Below are positions 1-12,589 of a stretch of 64,000 bases of DNA, piece by piece (the first letter of the stretch is position 1; the number at the start of each line of letters is the position of its first letter). The notes beneath the pieces are model-generated. The model was not told where the DNA came from, ran no database searches, and worked only from the letters and a program-made list of their open reading frames with translations. A program made the position numbers and the translations under genes. Source of the stretch: Vitrella brassicaformis CCMP3155 (lineage: Eukaryota; Protista; Chromerida); the NCBI GenBank assembly GCA_001179505.1, contig CDMY01000296.1:67349-131348 (forward strand), in the 5' to 3' direction.

Positions 1-1866
1 TCGCTGGGCGAATGGGGCCCCCTGAGGGACACCCGCTGCTGGCGCCTCGGTGGTACGGATGTTGACGTGGACTGCACGCAGACAACAGCAGAGCGGATGG
101 TCCGACGACACGACAGCATGATGATGGGTTGTCAATGTGTTGTCAATGTGTATGCGTACCGCTCTGGTTGTTGGCTGGGCGGATGCCAAAGAGAATCCAG
201 GCGATGAATGGGTCGGCAGCCGTTGTCAGCACGTGCGCCTGCCCACAGAACCCACTGGCCCGCTCGCATGCCGTCACGTCCGAGCACTCGTCGAGGGGCG
301 TGTGCGGCGATCGAGTCATGATGCGGTCGACGTGGCCGCCACGCACACGCCTGACACACACATCAATAACGCACCACATAGTCATTCGCCCTCTCATTTT
401 GTGCCGTCCATCCACTCACTCATCCACCGCCACTGTTGGCGAGTAGGTGAAGCCGCCCACAGCCCGCAACCGGCGAACCAGCATCAGGCTCTTTAACAGG
501 GAGCTCGCCGATGCGTCAACAGCCCCGTTGTTGACGCCACCTGTCGCCCAGCCCACACCATGCTGCCACCGAATGCGGCTGCGGACTGGTGGGTCGTGTG
601 GCTTGGTGTGGTGGGTGAAGGGGTGCTGCGAGAAGGGATGGACGGGGCGGTTGGGGAGGGGGAGGGGCGGGTTGACTGTGATGGTGAAGCCGGGCTCGTT
701 GCGGATGGCGCGAATCTCGTTGTTGTGGCGGAACAGGTGGAGTGTGCCGTCTTGCTGGCCGTTGGGGCGGCGGAAGGCCACATAGCGGCCGACGAGCATC
801 CACTGAGCACAGAAACGGGGCAGCGCCAGGAAGTCCTGCATTCAACAGCTCACATCCAGCAGCTCACCCATTGCCCCTTCTGTGTGTTGTGCTTACCGCC
901 TTGGTGGCGTGTGTCTGCAGATCTACAGCACCCACAGTGACCGGCAGCTGGCAGCAGCCGCAGTGCTCGGCGACTCTGAGTGTGTCGCCCACCTCCCGCC
1001 AGCCGCCCTCGCCCCCCTCCTCCACCACCCACATGGCCTTCAGCACGTCGCGGTGGCTCAGCTGATCGTCGAACTGTACCACACCGCTCACCCCCGCCCG
1101 CTCGATGGCCTTGTCCAGCCGAAAGCGTCGGACGATCGGCCGGAGGGCATTTCTGATGGGTAGGGCTGTCGACTTGAGGTGGGCGACGGTGGTGAGGTCA
1201 GACAGCGCCAGGACGATGCTCATGGGCTCGGCAGGGATGTCAGTCAGATGCAGCCGTCGGGCCTGATTGCACACATAAGAGGTGCACACCGCATCAGTGT
1301 GGGTCTTGCGTTTGTGCCTGCCTGTGGCCACTCACTCCCTCACCTGTGTGCGGCTATGTCTTGTGAGTGCGATGGTCGAGTTGATGGTGTCTGTCAGGTC
1401 GGCCAGCAGGTCGGACACAGCCTCGAGTTGACGACTCACCTTATCCACCATCTGACGAAGAAAGTAGCCTCGACAGACACACAGAGAGCTTTGTGGTGTG
1501 TGGTGTGTTTGGCAGCCTGCCGCACCAGTGGTGCCATCGAAGCTGCGGTGTCCATCTGCAGGAGTTGGTCTATGCAGCTGTTGATCTGCGCACGCACACC
1601 ACACACACACACACAAGCAAACAGCGATAAGCTTTGGATGCACTGCATGGAATGGACGAGTTGGTTGGTGTGTTGGTCGGCTGGCTACATGAGCCTGCTT
1701 CATCCGATGAACTTCTACTCGGGGCAGCAGCTGCGCCCGTACCGCTGCGCTCAACTGCACCAAACCGAATGGCAAACCACACACACACCACAAATGAGCG
1801 GCTGGCCTGAACCTTCCTCTTCTCCAATTCCTCTTCTCTCACCTGGGCGGCGGTACTGGCAGCCAT
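1..1866 (-). CDS. Multi-exon hypothetical protein of a lineage-expanded family (N-terminal coiled-coil, F-box-like segment); 3' end runs off the window start
   Basis: Spliced exons: MAASTAAQVREEELEKRKVQ (ATG 1866), INSCIDQLLQMDTAASMAP, QMVDKVSRQLEAVSDLLADLTDTIN, LHLTDIPAEPMSIVLALSDLTTVAHLKST (F-box-like), DFLALPRFCAQWMLVGR, GGHVDRIMTRSPH, VHVNIRTTEAP. Family resemblance is from recall only. Confidence 0.55.
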
Positions 1867-2278
1867 GAGCACCTAAGTCGCGAAAGCTATGAATCGGAGT
1901 GCTGTTTTGTGGCTTCAACGGGCTCTGCAGCTGGCAAGAGCTGCTCACGCAGACGCATTGCAACCATCTGCACCACACCGACCGGAGGACAACACAAACA
2001 GCACAGCACATGAACTGATTCACGTGCGTTGCTTCATGCTTTGCTCATGCATGCCTTCTTGGCCTGCAGGCTCCTCTCCTCTCACCCGAGTGTGATTGAT
2101 GTTGACGGCCATTCAGAAAAGCAATCCTTGCGAGCTCAATATAAAGCTCGCAATCAGCCCTTCCCGAGAAATGACAAGCTGCCATCCCCTCAGGCTGGGC
2201 CTCAGCTGATGCTGACGATGACCATCTCTTGTCCCGTCCAGCCACTAACACACCCCGCCGCCGCCTGAGCACATCGCG

Positions 2279-4953
2279 ATGAAGCAGCGTTCACCGATGA
2301 GGGACCTCGGCGTCCCGCTGCTTGCCCATCATCAAGATCCCCATGTGTCGGCTGCAGTCCGCTCCTCGTCCACGACGCGTGCCGGCGGCCCAGCGCCATA
2401 CAGCACCATGGCGGTGCGTGAGGCCAGGGGTGCCGATGTGGCAATCAACACAAACACCACGGTGACCGGCGGCAGCAGCGGGAGCGTTGGCTTCAAGACG
2501 CACCGGTATCCGTGGCTGGACCTGTACAGAGGGCTGTTGTGTGTGGTCATGGCCTGGGAGTGCGCCATTGTCTTCCTCGAGAGCGTTGCCGAGGCCGCCA
2601 GCGGAGAGGAAAACTGGACAGGTCAGACAGACAGACAGACAGACAGACAGATGGACAGACGAGGGAAGTGCAGCGCGTGTGGGTGTGGGTGTGTTGTGTG
2701 TGTTGGTGGTGTGTGTTTGCAGGTGCGCTGACGGATTACAACGACGATATAGGTTACTTTGTGGCCCGGCAAGTGAGCATGGTGTGCGCGCCTGGCTTCT
2801 TTTTCTGTATGGGCGTCTCCATGACGCTCTTCGCCATGCACAGAAGAGAAAAGGGATGGAACAGACTCAGGGTAGGGAGGGAGGGACGGACGCACGCACG
2901 CCGGCCCGCGGCACTCAGACAGACAGACAGACGCACACCACCACCAACGGACAAACAGCAGCTCTCATGCATATCTGTCGCATCGCTTCGCATCGCGTGT
3001 GTGTGTGAGTGTCTGCAGATAGCTCGTCATTTTGTGGTCCGCGGCGTGTTGTTCCTGCTGCTAGATCGGGTGGTGTCGGTCATCATCGCCTCAGACCTCA
3101 TCGCCAAGCAGCCCTTCTCGCCTCCCCCCACACCATCATCCCCACCGCCCTCCCCTCCCGAGCCCTTTCCGCCGTCGGCCATCGAGCGGTACCGGCAGAT
3201 CACCGCGGCCCACGGCATCTTTCCCTCCCTTCTCATCGGCTTCTACCAGCCCCTCACCGCACTCGGCGTCTCTTGTGTCCTTGTGGGCCTGCTCATGCCC
3301 GTCATAATGGCCACAGCGCAGCAGCGGCTCAAGACACCGTTGGCGAGCTACCCGCCGCAGCTCAGGAAGAGGCGGCTTGGGAGGGGGTGGGCGGCCGTGA
3401 GGCGGCGGCTGCTCGAGTTTGTCAATTTTGCTGTGGGGCAGGCGCTGGCCGTGTCGCTGGGGATGGCGTGCATCATCGTCTCGAGTGTGGTGGTGGGTCT
3501 GGCACAGACGCACCACCACACCACTGGGGCGTGGCCTGGCTATGGCGCCGTTGCGACATCGGCGCATGAGATCGTCCTGAGGCTACTGGTCTTTCCCGGA
3601 CGGTGAGCGAGTCAGTCCGTATGCATCAACGGCGCTCTCTCTGTGTGTGTGCGTGTCTGTGTGTAGGTGGCTGTACGGCTCGTTCGATTACTGCATTCTG
3701 CCCTGGATCGGCCTCACTCTCTTCGGCGTGGCTGCTGGTGGGTCAAGGAGGGGAGGAGAGGGGACACTGAAGCAGCCCCTCTCTGTCGTCTAACCAACCA
3801 ACCGGTGTGTATGTTATGTGTAGGTGTTGAGATGCGCGAGGATGTGCGCGGTGCCCAGGTGCGGTGTCTGGTCAACGCCCTGCTGTCAGCCATGTGCTTC
3901 TTGATGCTGCGCACGCTCGGAGGCGCTTTCGGCAACCTCAGGGGCTGGCCGAGAGGCGAGCACGCCGGGCCCATGAGGGGGTTCCTCACTTTCAGCAAGT
4001 ACCCACCGTCTCTCTCCTACTTACTGCTCACCCTTGCCGTCAACTTGCTGCTTATCGCTATCGCTATCGCTGTCGATACTCTGCTTACACCCAGTAAGAG
4101 CTCAGCAACGAGGGAAGGACACTCCACGTGACTGACGTGCCACACACACAGACGGAGCGCTGCATTCATTGTGTGTGTATCAAATCAAATCGGTGTGTGT
4201 GTTTTGATTGCAGAGTTGCGGCCGCGTCCGATAGTGCCTGGTTCAGTCGCGCAGCCCCAGTCCAGGGACATTGGCTTCCAGCCGCACCAGTCGTCGGCCG
4301 CCTCGTCAGCCTTTTACCCTCCGTACCCCTACGGGCTGCCCCTCCCCGTGCCCCTGCCCCCCTCCTCCATCGACACCCTCCCCCCCGGACACACACACAT
4401 GCACATGACCACCATGGCCACCATGACCAGCACCACCAGCAGCAGCAGCACCGGCAGCAGCTCTGCCTACACCCACATGGCCCACCTGGCATCCACCAGC
4501 AGCACCGTCCCCACCGAGTCGATGAGCGACGGCTATTTCGGCAAGAAAAAGGACTATGGCTGGGGATCCTACCCCTCCATGGCTGGTGCTGGTGGTGCGG
4601 ACGTCGGCAGGAGTCTCAGCGCGGAGGCGGCCAACGCCACGCCGACCCGACTGCGCGAGCAGCGCCCGCGGCGCGGGAAGACCTGGGGCTTGTGGTGGCA
4701 GAGACAGGGCGGGCGGCTGGTGTCCCCTCTTGTCAACTACGGCAGGGCGCCCTTGTTCTTCTACGGCGTCCAGCTGGCTGCTCTGGGGGTGTTCGGGATA
4801 GTGCTGCGGCTGGTGTGGCGGGTGGACGGGCTTCCTCTGGCGTGGGTGTGGGTGCCCTGGGTGGTCCTGCTGGTGGGGCTGCATTTTGCGGCCAAGGCCT
4901 ACAGCCAATGGAAGCTGCGCAGCCCACTGGTGTCTTGGAGACACCTCCTGTGA
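2279..4953 (+). CDS. Polytopic membrane acyltransferase, DUF1624 / HGSNAT catalytic-domain-like
   Basis: Six exons with GT-AG junctions (2279-2621, 2723-2871, 3019-3602, 3667-~3739, 3824-~4093, ~4213-4953). Motifs WLDLYRGLLCVVMAW, VSMVCAPGFFFCMGVS, HFVVRGVLFLLLD, ILPWIGLTLFG, FLTFSKYPPSLSYLLLTL and YGRAPLFFYGVQL match the bacterial-type DUF1624 pattern. Confidence 0.85.
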
Positions 4954-5059
4954 GTGAGGCAGCCAGCGCATTGCATTTAGCGCCGTCCGTTGGCTGTGCA
5001 GTACATGGGGAGGGAGGGCGCGGTTGCGTTGTGTGTGTGTGAGTTAGTCTCATGAGGGG

Positions 5060-5095
5060 GTGGGTGGGTTGAGTGGCCGGACCGGACAGACCCCC

Positions 5096-5131
<36 letters not shown>

Positions 5132-5290
5132 CTTGTTTGTGTCAAGGTGCTTGCATCGGCAAGCGCGGCGCAGTCTCATTCTCTCGTCCGCTTCCCCCCC
5201 TTCTCCCGTCAGTTTTCTTCTCTCTCGTCCGTCCGTCCGTCCGTCCGTCTGTCCGTCTGTCCGTCTGTGTGTCTGTCAGTTTGTATGAGT
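5060..5290. repeat. Compound microsatellite (CT)n(GT)n(CCGT)n, representative of the window-wide intronic and intergenic simple repeats
   Basis: Seen directly. Similar CAGA, GT, GGAT, GCCT and GTCA arrays occur in nearly every intron. Confidence 0.9.
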
Positions 5291-7170
5291 TGGTCCCTCC
5301 CTCTATGGTGTGGTTGTTGGTGTGTTATATATAGAGAGACCCAACCCACATGCACCCACAGCTAGGGGCGGAAAGGACGGCCGGCCGGCCGTCCGCAGTA
5401 CATTCATTCATTACATGACATATATGAACGATGCTACAGTCTACGGTAGGTACGCCGCTACAGTACCTGCGGTACGGTGCGCACAGTGGCGTACCTGCCG
5501 CCTCGTTTGTCTGTTGTTTCTCTTATAAATACATATAGAAAGAACGACCAGCACGGCTCGCACAAGGCAAGGATGTCTGGCGTGGCGGCCTGCCTACCTG
5601 CCTACCTGCCTGCCTGCCTGCCTGTCAGTCAGTCAGTCAGTCAGTCTGCGCGAGTCCGTCACTGAGTGTGTGTGCGTGTGAGTGAGTGAGCTGGTGTGTT
5701 GTGAGGTGGGTTTTCATGATTACTCGACTGGATACCATACAGGCAGGGAGGTGGGGTGTGCGCCTGAACAGAGAGCTAGCCAGTGGCCGGCACTGACATG
5801 CAACCAATCAAGCAAATCACATCAGTGGATGGCTGCAGGCCGGCCTTTCAACGTGGCGGGCCTGCAGCGGGCCGGGCTGGGGGAGGGGGATGCACTAATC
5901 TGCCGTGCCGTGGCGCGGCGTGTGTTTACTAGAGGGAGGGAGGGAGGGAGGGAGGGACAGAGGGGGGCGGGGGCTGGGATGGGAGGGGTGCAATAAGGGA
6001 AGGGAGAGGGGTGGCTGGCTGACAATCGCGTCATACATCTTCTTAGGGAGATAATGACGTTGGTATGTTATTCTGCTAACGGCGTTTTGCGCTGCACACA
6101 GACAGACAGACAGACGACCTCGCCATAGACACTCCGCCCGCCTGACACACCGGACCGAGCCTTTTCGGCTTGTCTTAGTTAGTCATTCCGTCAGGCAGGC
6201 AGGCAGGCAGGCAAACAGGCACACACAATGGTAGCTAACTTTGCCTATCCATCCATCCATCCGAGAGAGGAAGGGGATTGAAGGGAGAGAACGCGGTCGG
6301 TCAGTCTTTCCAGCCAGCTGAAGATTGCGTGGCGTGTGTTTCTCCCACGGTAGGTAACCGGTCGGTATGTTATACTAGCCATTCGATGATGATTGAGTGC
6401 GTGTGATGTCATTGATGTGGGCCCGTGCAGTGAGTGAGGTTGCAGTGAATGACACGAGAGGGGGTGTGCGGCGAGAGAGGGAATGTGGGGGTTGCGTCAG
6501 GGGGCAAGAGCAAGACAGCAGGCAGTCAGTGGTCATGGGATCCGGATCCACCAAGCCATCAGGACACTCTTGATTGACAATGAACGAACCATCCTGTCTG
6601 TCTGTCTGTCTGTCTGTCGGTTCAGCCGTGCATCATCCAAAAGGGCGCGAGTGAAGTCTCACACGTACGTCACCACCATGCAATGCAGCGAACATCAATC
6701 AACGCACAGATCGGCATGCGACGGACGGTGACGCTGCCTGCCACCGACACATGGCATGGCATCATCAGCTAGCTGCCGTGTCTCATCTATGGCGCACACA
6801 ACCACGGCACACAAGCAGCCCCTCCTATCCATCAGGCTGTGTCTCTCCCCTTTGACAAAGCCGTCCGACGTCATGGCAGCTGCTGCGATGAAGCTGCCAC
6901 TGCGTTGGACGGGATTGTCAAAGGAGAGAGTCCACCCCCGACAGGAGGGGCAAGTCATCAACAAAAATCACGCGCAGTGGCAGCCGGCCAGTCTCGTCAG
7001 TCAATGAAACGTCGAGCTGTGTGGGGGCAAGACGTAATGAGACCGCCTACACAACACAACACATACGCACACACACACACACGTCAGTCAGTCAGTCGGT
7101 AATATCCTTTGTGTGTGAGTGAGTGTGGTGGTGTCGTTGAGTTGATGTGTATGTTTATGTGTATGGTCGC

Positions 7171-10100
7171 TCACGCCATGGAAGCCAGGCTGTCGTCCAT
7201 GGATCCGTTGACGCTGCCCACACCGCTGCCGCCCTGCCCGGCGCCCCCCACTCCAATTCCCATCGCCGCCCCGCCCGTGACGCTGTCGGCCATGTTCACG
7301 TTGCTGCCAGGGGGGTAGTTCTCTCGGACGCTCATGAAGCTGCTCGCCATGTTGCCACCTCCCTGATCCATAGGAGGAGGCCCCAGATGCTGCTGCTGCT
7401 GTGGCGGCCCGCTGCCCACGTCGCTGCCCCTCCCAGCAGCAGGGGCAACGGCAGCAGCAGCAGCAGAAGAAGAAGCATCACGATGGTGCCCCAGGTACTG
7501 GCTCTGACTCCCGCCGATTGGGATGTACTGGAATGAAGAGCTGACAGGTGGTGCGGCTGAGGACGGTGGGACGCTGGGAGGTGCGACAGAGGGTGGGGGC
7601 TGGTGCGGCGCGGACCGCATGGCGGCGTGGTGGTGGTCTGGCATGACCCATGAGGCAGATGGTGCTGGGTGTCCGGCGAATGGCGGCATGGCCATGGATG
7701 AGGCAGGGGGGAACATGGGCATGGCGCCCAGACCCTCATAGCCCGCCTGGGGAGGGCCGGGGGGAAAGGAACCAGGGAGGGGCGGTGGGGGCTGATTGAC
7801 CAAATCAGTACAGTACGCACACAGGATCCTCATCCAGTCACATGTCAGTCATCGAGACGCTCCACCATCTATCTGCCCTCCCTCCCTCCCTCCCTGCCCC
7901 TCTCACTCACCGGCATGAAAGGGAGGCCGGCCATGGTGGGGTCCATCGGGCCACCGGGGAAGCCGCCCGGCGGGTGGTGAGCGAAGGCAGGTGCGTTGGG
8001 CGGGGGTCTCATGGGCGGTGACCTCTGTGACCTCTGGGCCCTCTGCTGACCACCGCCGGTGCGGTTGGGTGGGAGGAGGAAGGACGGCAGGCAGCTGCTG
8101 ACGGTGTCGGCCCACGCCGGCGGCAGCAGGCTCAGGAGCTTCCCGGTGCCGTCCTCTGCGTATGTCCATGGAATGGAATGCAAAACACAACAGGACAGAC
8201 AGACGGGCAGACAGACAGGAGCCCATCATGGATGGCATCATGCTGTGCACTCAAGTGTCGGATGGATGGATGTGTGCCAGCCAATCTTAGTTACCGTGCA
8301 TGACGAAGACGATGAATGCGCCGATGACTGCGACCTGCACGGCCGATGTAAGGATGTCGCCGAGGCCGCCCCAGGCACCCGAATTGCCGTTGCCGGATAC
8401 CTCCACCAAATACGACTGAACAAGCCAGCCAGCAGAGGTGGATGCATTTGGGAATGTGCGTGGCGTCGGTTGTGTCGTTTGTCCGCTCACCATCGGAGGT
8501 TTGATGGCGTCAACCAGGTTGGTGTAAAGTCGGTCGTCAATCGGCTGCTGAGACCTGCACGCACCCACAGACACAGACACAGACACCGACACGGAAGAAT
8601 TCCCACATATGAGCCCTTCCTTTCTTTGGCGGTTCCTCCCTCTGTCTGTTTGTCTCCCCCACTCACTTGAAGAGTGCGGTGGCGAGTGTGTGGATGCCCT
8701 TAGCCGTCCTGCTTTTTTCGGCAAGGACGGCCTGAAGGTCGGCCTCGTAGGCCGCCACACTCTCACCCGCAGCAGCCTGCCCCTGGTGCTGCCTCACGGC
8801 CGTCTCGCTGGGCTGCAGCCGCCTCGCACGCACATCGTCGTCCACCCACACCAGCCGACGCAACGGACGGTATACACCTGTGTGGGCATCATAGCACAGC
8901 ACAGCACAGCACAGCACACGTGTGGACGTATGGACATATTAGTGTAGTGTGTGGTTTCCCATTCTCTCCCCACTCGCTCAACTCAACTCACCTCCCAATG
9001 CGCAGCACTTCCACAGCTCCGCAGCGGCCAGCTCGCCGTCCTCCAGCGACGCCTCGAGAGACGTCTTCAGAGGCGGTGGGACGATGGCGTGGTTCAGTAC
9101 AGCGGGACGGGCTGAGGGACTGGTCTCCTCCTCGCCCTCAGAGCCCTCCGTCTCACCCTTGGGGCTCGTCTCTTCGTGTGCTGTGGCGATGGCCACGACA
9201 GGCTCATCTGCTGCCGTCTCTGTCTGTGGCTGCTCCAGTGCCCCGCCCTCATCGCCTTCCTTCTCCGTGCAAGGAGTCTTCTTGGCGAACCACTTGGAGA
9301 AGAAGCCAGCAGAGGGGGGGGCAGCCAGGGCTTCCGATGAAGTGGCGCCCTCCTCGCTCTCATCTGCGCTGGTCTCCTCGGCTGTCGGCTCGATGGTCTC
9401 TTGCTGCCGTGTGTCGGGTGTGGGGGTATCTTCGACGACAGCCTGTGGCTGCCTGCGCTTGCTGAACAGGTTCACACCGCTCTGGAAGATACCGCTGACC
9501 TAAAAAGAAGAAAGAAACACAGAGGAGGAATTGTCTGGATTGTTGCCGGCCACAATCCAACGATTGATGTATGTATCTATCGCACTTTGTCTGTCTCACC
9601 GACCCTACCCCGCTGAGCATCGATTTCTTGGGCATGACCTCCCCGCCCTCATCGCCATTGCCCTCCTCATCCACAGGGCCATTCTCCACAGCACACATCT
9701 CCGTCCCAATCACCTCGACCGCTGGCTTGTGCTCCTCCTGCTGCGCCACGGCCGCTGGCTGCCCCTTCAAAACGTCCCCCTCTCGGCTGACAGCGCCAGC
9801 GTCATCCTTGTTGCTCGATGGGCGTGTGTATCTGCCCAGGATGGCCCCGAGTGACCACCGGGAGGTGGCGGGCCGTGTGACTGTGTCGTCGGGGAGGGGT
9901 GGAGGGGTCGGCGGGGGCGGGGGTCTAAGTGCCTCTGAGATGCGGATGGAGGTGAGGAGGGCCGTGTGGGTCAGCTGCAGGGCGGTGAGCTCGTCCTGCG
10001 GACGCTGCAGCTTCTTCTGCACGAACTCTGAGGGACGGCAAAGGGCAAAGGAACGGATGGGATGGGATCGGTCGTGGGTGTGTCGTGTCACCCGCCCACT

Positions 10101-10979
10101 CCACCGACCAACCTACCTTGTTTGGCGAGGTTTCTGAGTGCCACAGCGACTTTGCCGTAGACCTCCTCGGCATCCAACACCCACCCCTGCTTGGTCCGAC
10201 GGTAACTGAAGATGCTCACCGGCGCATCTACATCCACACACCACACACACACACAACACACCAGCCTCCATCTCTCCCTCCACAGATGCATCCTATCTAT
10301 GTTGTGGTATGGGTGTCTGTCAGTATTGATTCACCCACCTTTGCCGTCGTCGAGTTGGATCCTAGGGTGTTGTCCATCTTGCTTGACGTACTTGTCGAGG
10401 TAGATGCAGCAGTGGTGCAGCCGGTCGACCAGCGTGTGCCAGTTGAGCTCCAGCAGGGGGGCGCTGATGGCCGGGTGGTCAGTGCACTCGCACAGACGCA
10501 CCAGCACCAGCCGGTTCAGCACAGGTGACTCAATGCGCTGACACAGACAGAGGGAGGGACGACAGACAGACAAGCCAGTCAAATGAATGAATCACGTCGC
10601 AGCGCAGCCAAATGAATGACCAGCCTATCCTGTTCGTTCTGGCTCACTCACGAGTTGCTGTGCCACTTTGGAGACTTGTCCATAGATGCGGATGCGTGTC
10701 GGCCGAATCGCCTCAACACGGTCTGACACACCTGCACACAAACACGCACTCAGTCAAGTCTGGACACCCTACCCACGCCTCTGGCGTTTCTCTCTCATCT
10801 AGCTGGAGGGCGGCAGTGAGTGCGGATGCCATGTCAGCATCGGCACCTTCATAGGTCCAGAGGACAGAGAGCGGTATGTATGAGAGGGGGTTGTTGCCCT
10901 GGTTGATGGACACGCCGCACAAAGCACCGGTGCCGACCACGATGGGCACCTCGAGAAAACGACGGATGGGGTGACGCAT
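7171..10979 (-). CDS. Hypothetical single-pass membrane protein: N-terminal globular region, acidic linker, coiled-coil, TM helix, proline-rich tail
   Basis: About 10 exons that join in frame (e.g. MLSG|VSGIFQ, CALG|VYRPL, LFK|SQQPIDD, VMH|EDGTGK). TM segment DILTSAVQVAVIGAFIVFVMH; tail rich in PPG/PPP. Start codon uncertain. Confidence 0.6.
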
Positions 10980-11418
10980 CGCGATACGCCTGCTCCTATA
11001 GCATGGCAAGCAACTAACTCTGTCGACGGTACTTCGGGGAAGAGATTTCAGTGTTCAAGGAATGCGAGCTTGTACTGAAGAAGGAAGAGATCCCTGCGGA
11101 GACCACCATGCAAGCGATGACGCGTTGATGGATAGTTTTGCACTGACATCTTCACAAAAAAACCATTGCCATTCACTCTTGCACGTGAACACCTGATGAT
11201 CTAGGGACCTGCCTGGTTACGTCACAGAAGCTTCACTCACTCACCTAAATCTGACTGACACCTTCCTTTCTCTCTCCCCGCCGCATCAATACCTACACCC
11301 TACACACCCCCACGTCAGCCATGCACCCACCTGCCGTCTCTCGCCAGAGTCGACCAACCCACCACCCGGCCGATCAGATCATCTCGTCCATTCGTTGTCC
11401 AGTGAGTGCCTCTGTCTG

Positions 11419-12356
11419 TCACAGTTCGTCGTGTTCGCCTCCCTCCCACAGTAGGTGTTCTATGTCGTGCTGGATGGCCAGAGGGTCGGTCCGGTGGGTG
11501 TAGCGCTTGAACGGCCGGCCCTTCTTGTCTATCAGGAACTTCTCAAAGTTGTCCTGCTCGTTCACACAGCACAGCACGCCACGTGAGCCAACAGACAGAC
11601 ACAGACAGACAGACAGACTCATCCATGAGCTGGCGCGTGTTTGTTTTGCCTGTCTGGCTGTGTGCCTTCCTTCCCTCCCTCGTCGCTCCGTCGATTGACA
11701 GGTACCTGTATATCGTGCTTGCCGCAGTTGTCCGTGAGCCACTTGAAGACCAGGTGCTGGTCACGGCCCATGACGAGGTGCCTCTTGAGCATGGTAAACC
11801 TCGGCTCGACGCCCAGCGCGTCTTTGATGTCTTGGAGTATCTCGAGCCCCTCCTTGGGCTCCGACTTGTCGATCTGGTTGGTGGGAAATGCGAAGATGCG
11901 CAGACCTCGCGAGTGGTACTGGTCGTGCAGGTCGTTGAGCGCCTCGTACTGCTCCTTGGCGTGGGGGTCGCGGGTGGCGACTATCACACACAGAACTGGG
12001 TGGCCCTTGAACCTGCAATCACACACACACACACACACACACACACAACAGACAGCACAGCACAGCACAGCACGGCATCACTGCAGACCAGCCACGCGTG
12101 TCTGTCCCGGTGCATGCGGTGCATGAGATGGGATGGTCCTACAGCTGACTGACTCGTGGAATTCATGTATGTGTTCTCCGTCGATGTCGAAGAACATGTA
12201 GTGGCCGAGCTTGTGCCGCCGGTCCCACTTGCACTCCTCGCCAACGTCACCCTTCGGAGGGGGCGTGTTCGATAATGTCAGCCTCGGGAGCACCAGCAAC
12301 ACGCACACAATCGACACAAGCACCCTCGGGTGGGCAGCCCTTCTTCGTTTCATCAT
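11419..12356 (-). CDS. ER-resident glutathione peroxidase-like protein (GPx7/8-like fold) with degenerate catalytic site, C-terminal HDEL
   Basis: Three exons (12356-12154, 12012-11706, 11553-11419) give 214 aa. Signal peptide VLVSIVCVLLVLPRLTLS; GPx motifs QYEALNDLHDQY, GLRIFAFPTNQ, EP, HLVFKWL, NFEKFLIDKKG; ends EHDEL*. Confidence 0.9.
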
Positions 12357-12589
12357 TCAGATGCCTCAAGAGCCTCCAAAGCACGGCAGCAGCGGCCAAG
12401 AGCCTCCCAAAGCCTTGAGATCTCTCGCAGGGGAGCAGCAGCGGTTTCATGGAGCACCCTAGGCGAGTCATGCGTGCTTAGGAGTCAAAGTTTGCAAGGA
12501 TCCCTCTCCCCTGGCCGCATTGCGTTCGAGGGCGTTTGAGAGTGAACAAATTGGACGACGTCCCGGCGAGACGGTTTCAGTCAAGGACC

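Noticed and set aside
5000-7100. Short ORFs between the acyltransferase and the proline-rich gene
   Set aside because: No coherent exon chain or motif; most likely convergent 3' UTR and intergenic sequence.
11960-12012. Selenocysteine (TGA) GPx
   Set aside because: The coding frame has GAC (Asp) at the catalytic position and no in-frame TGA.
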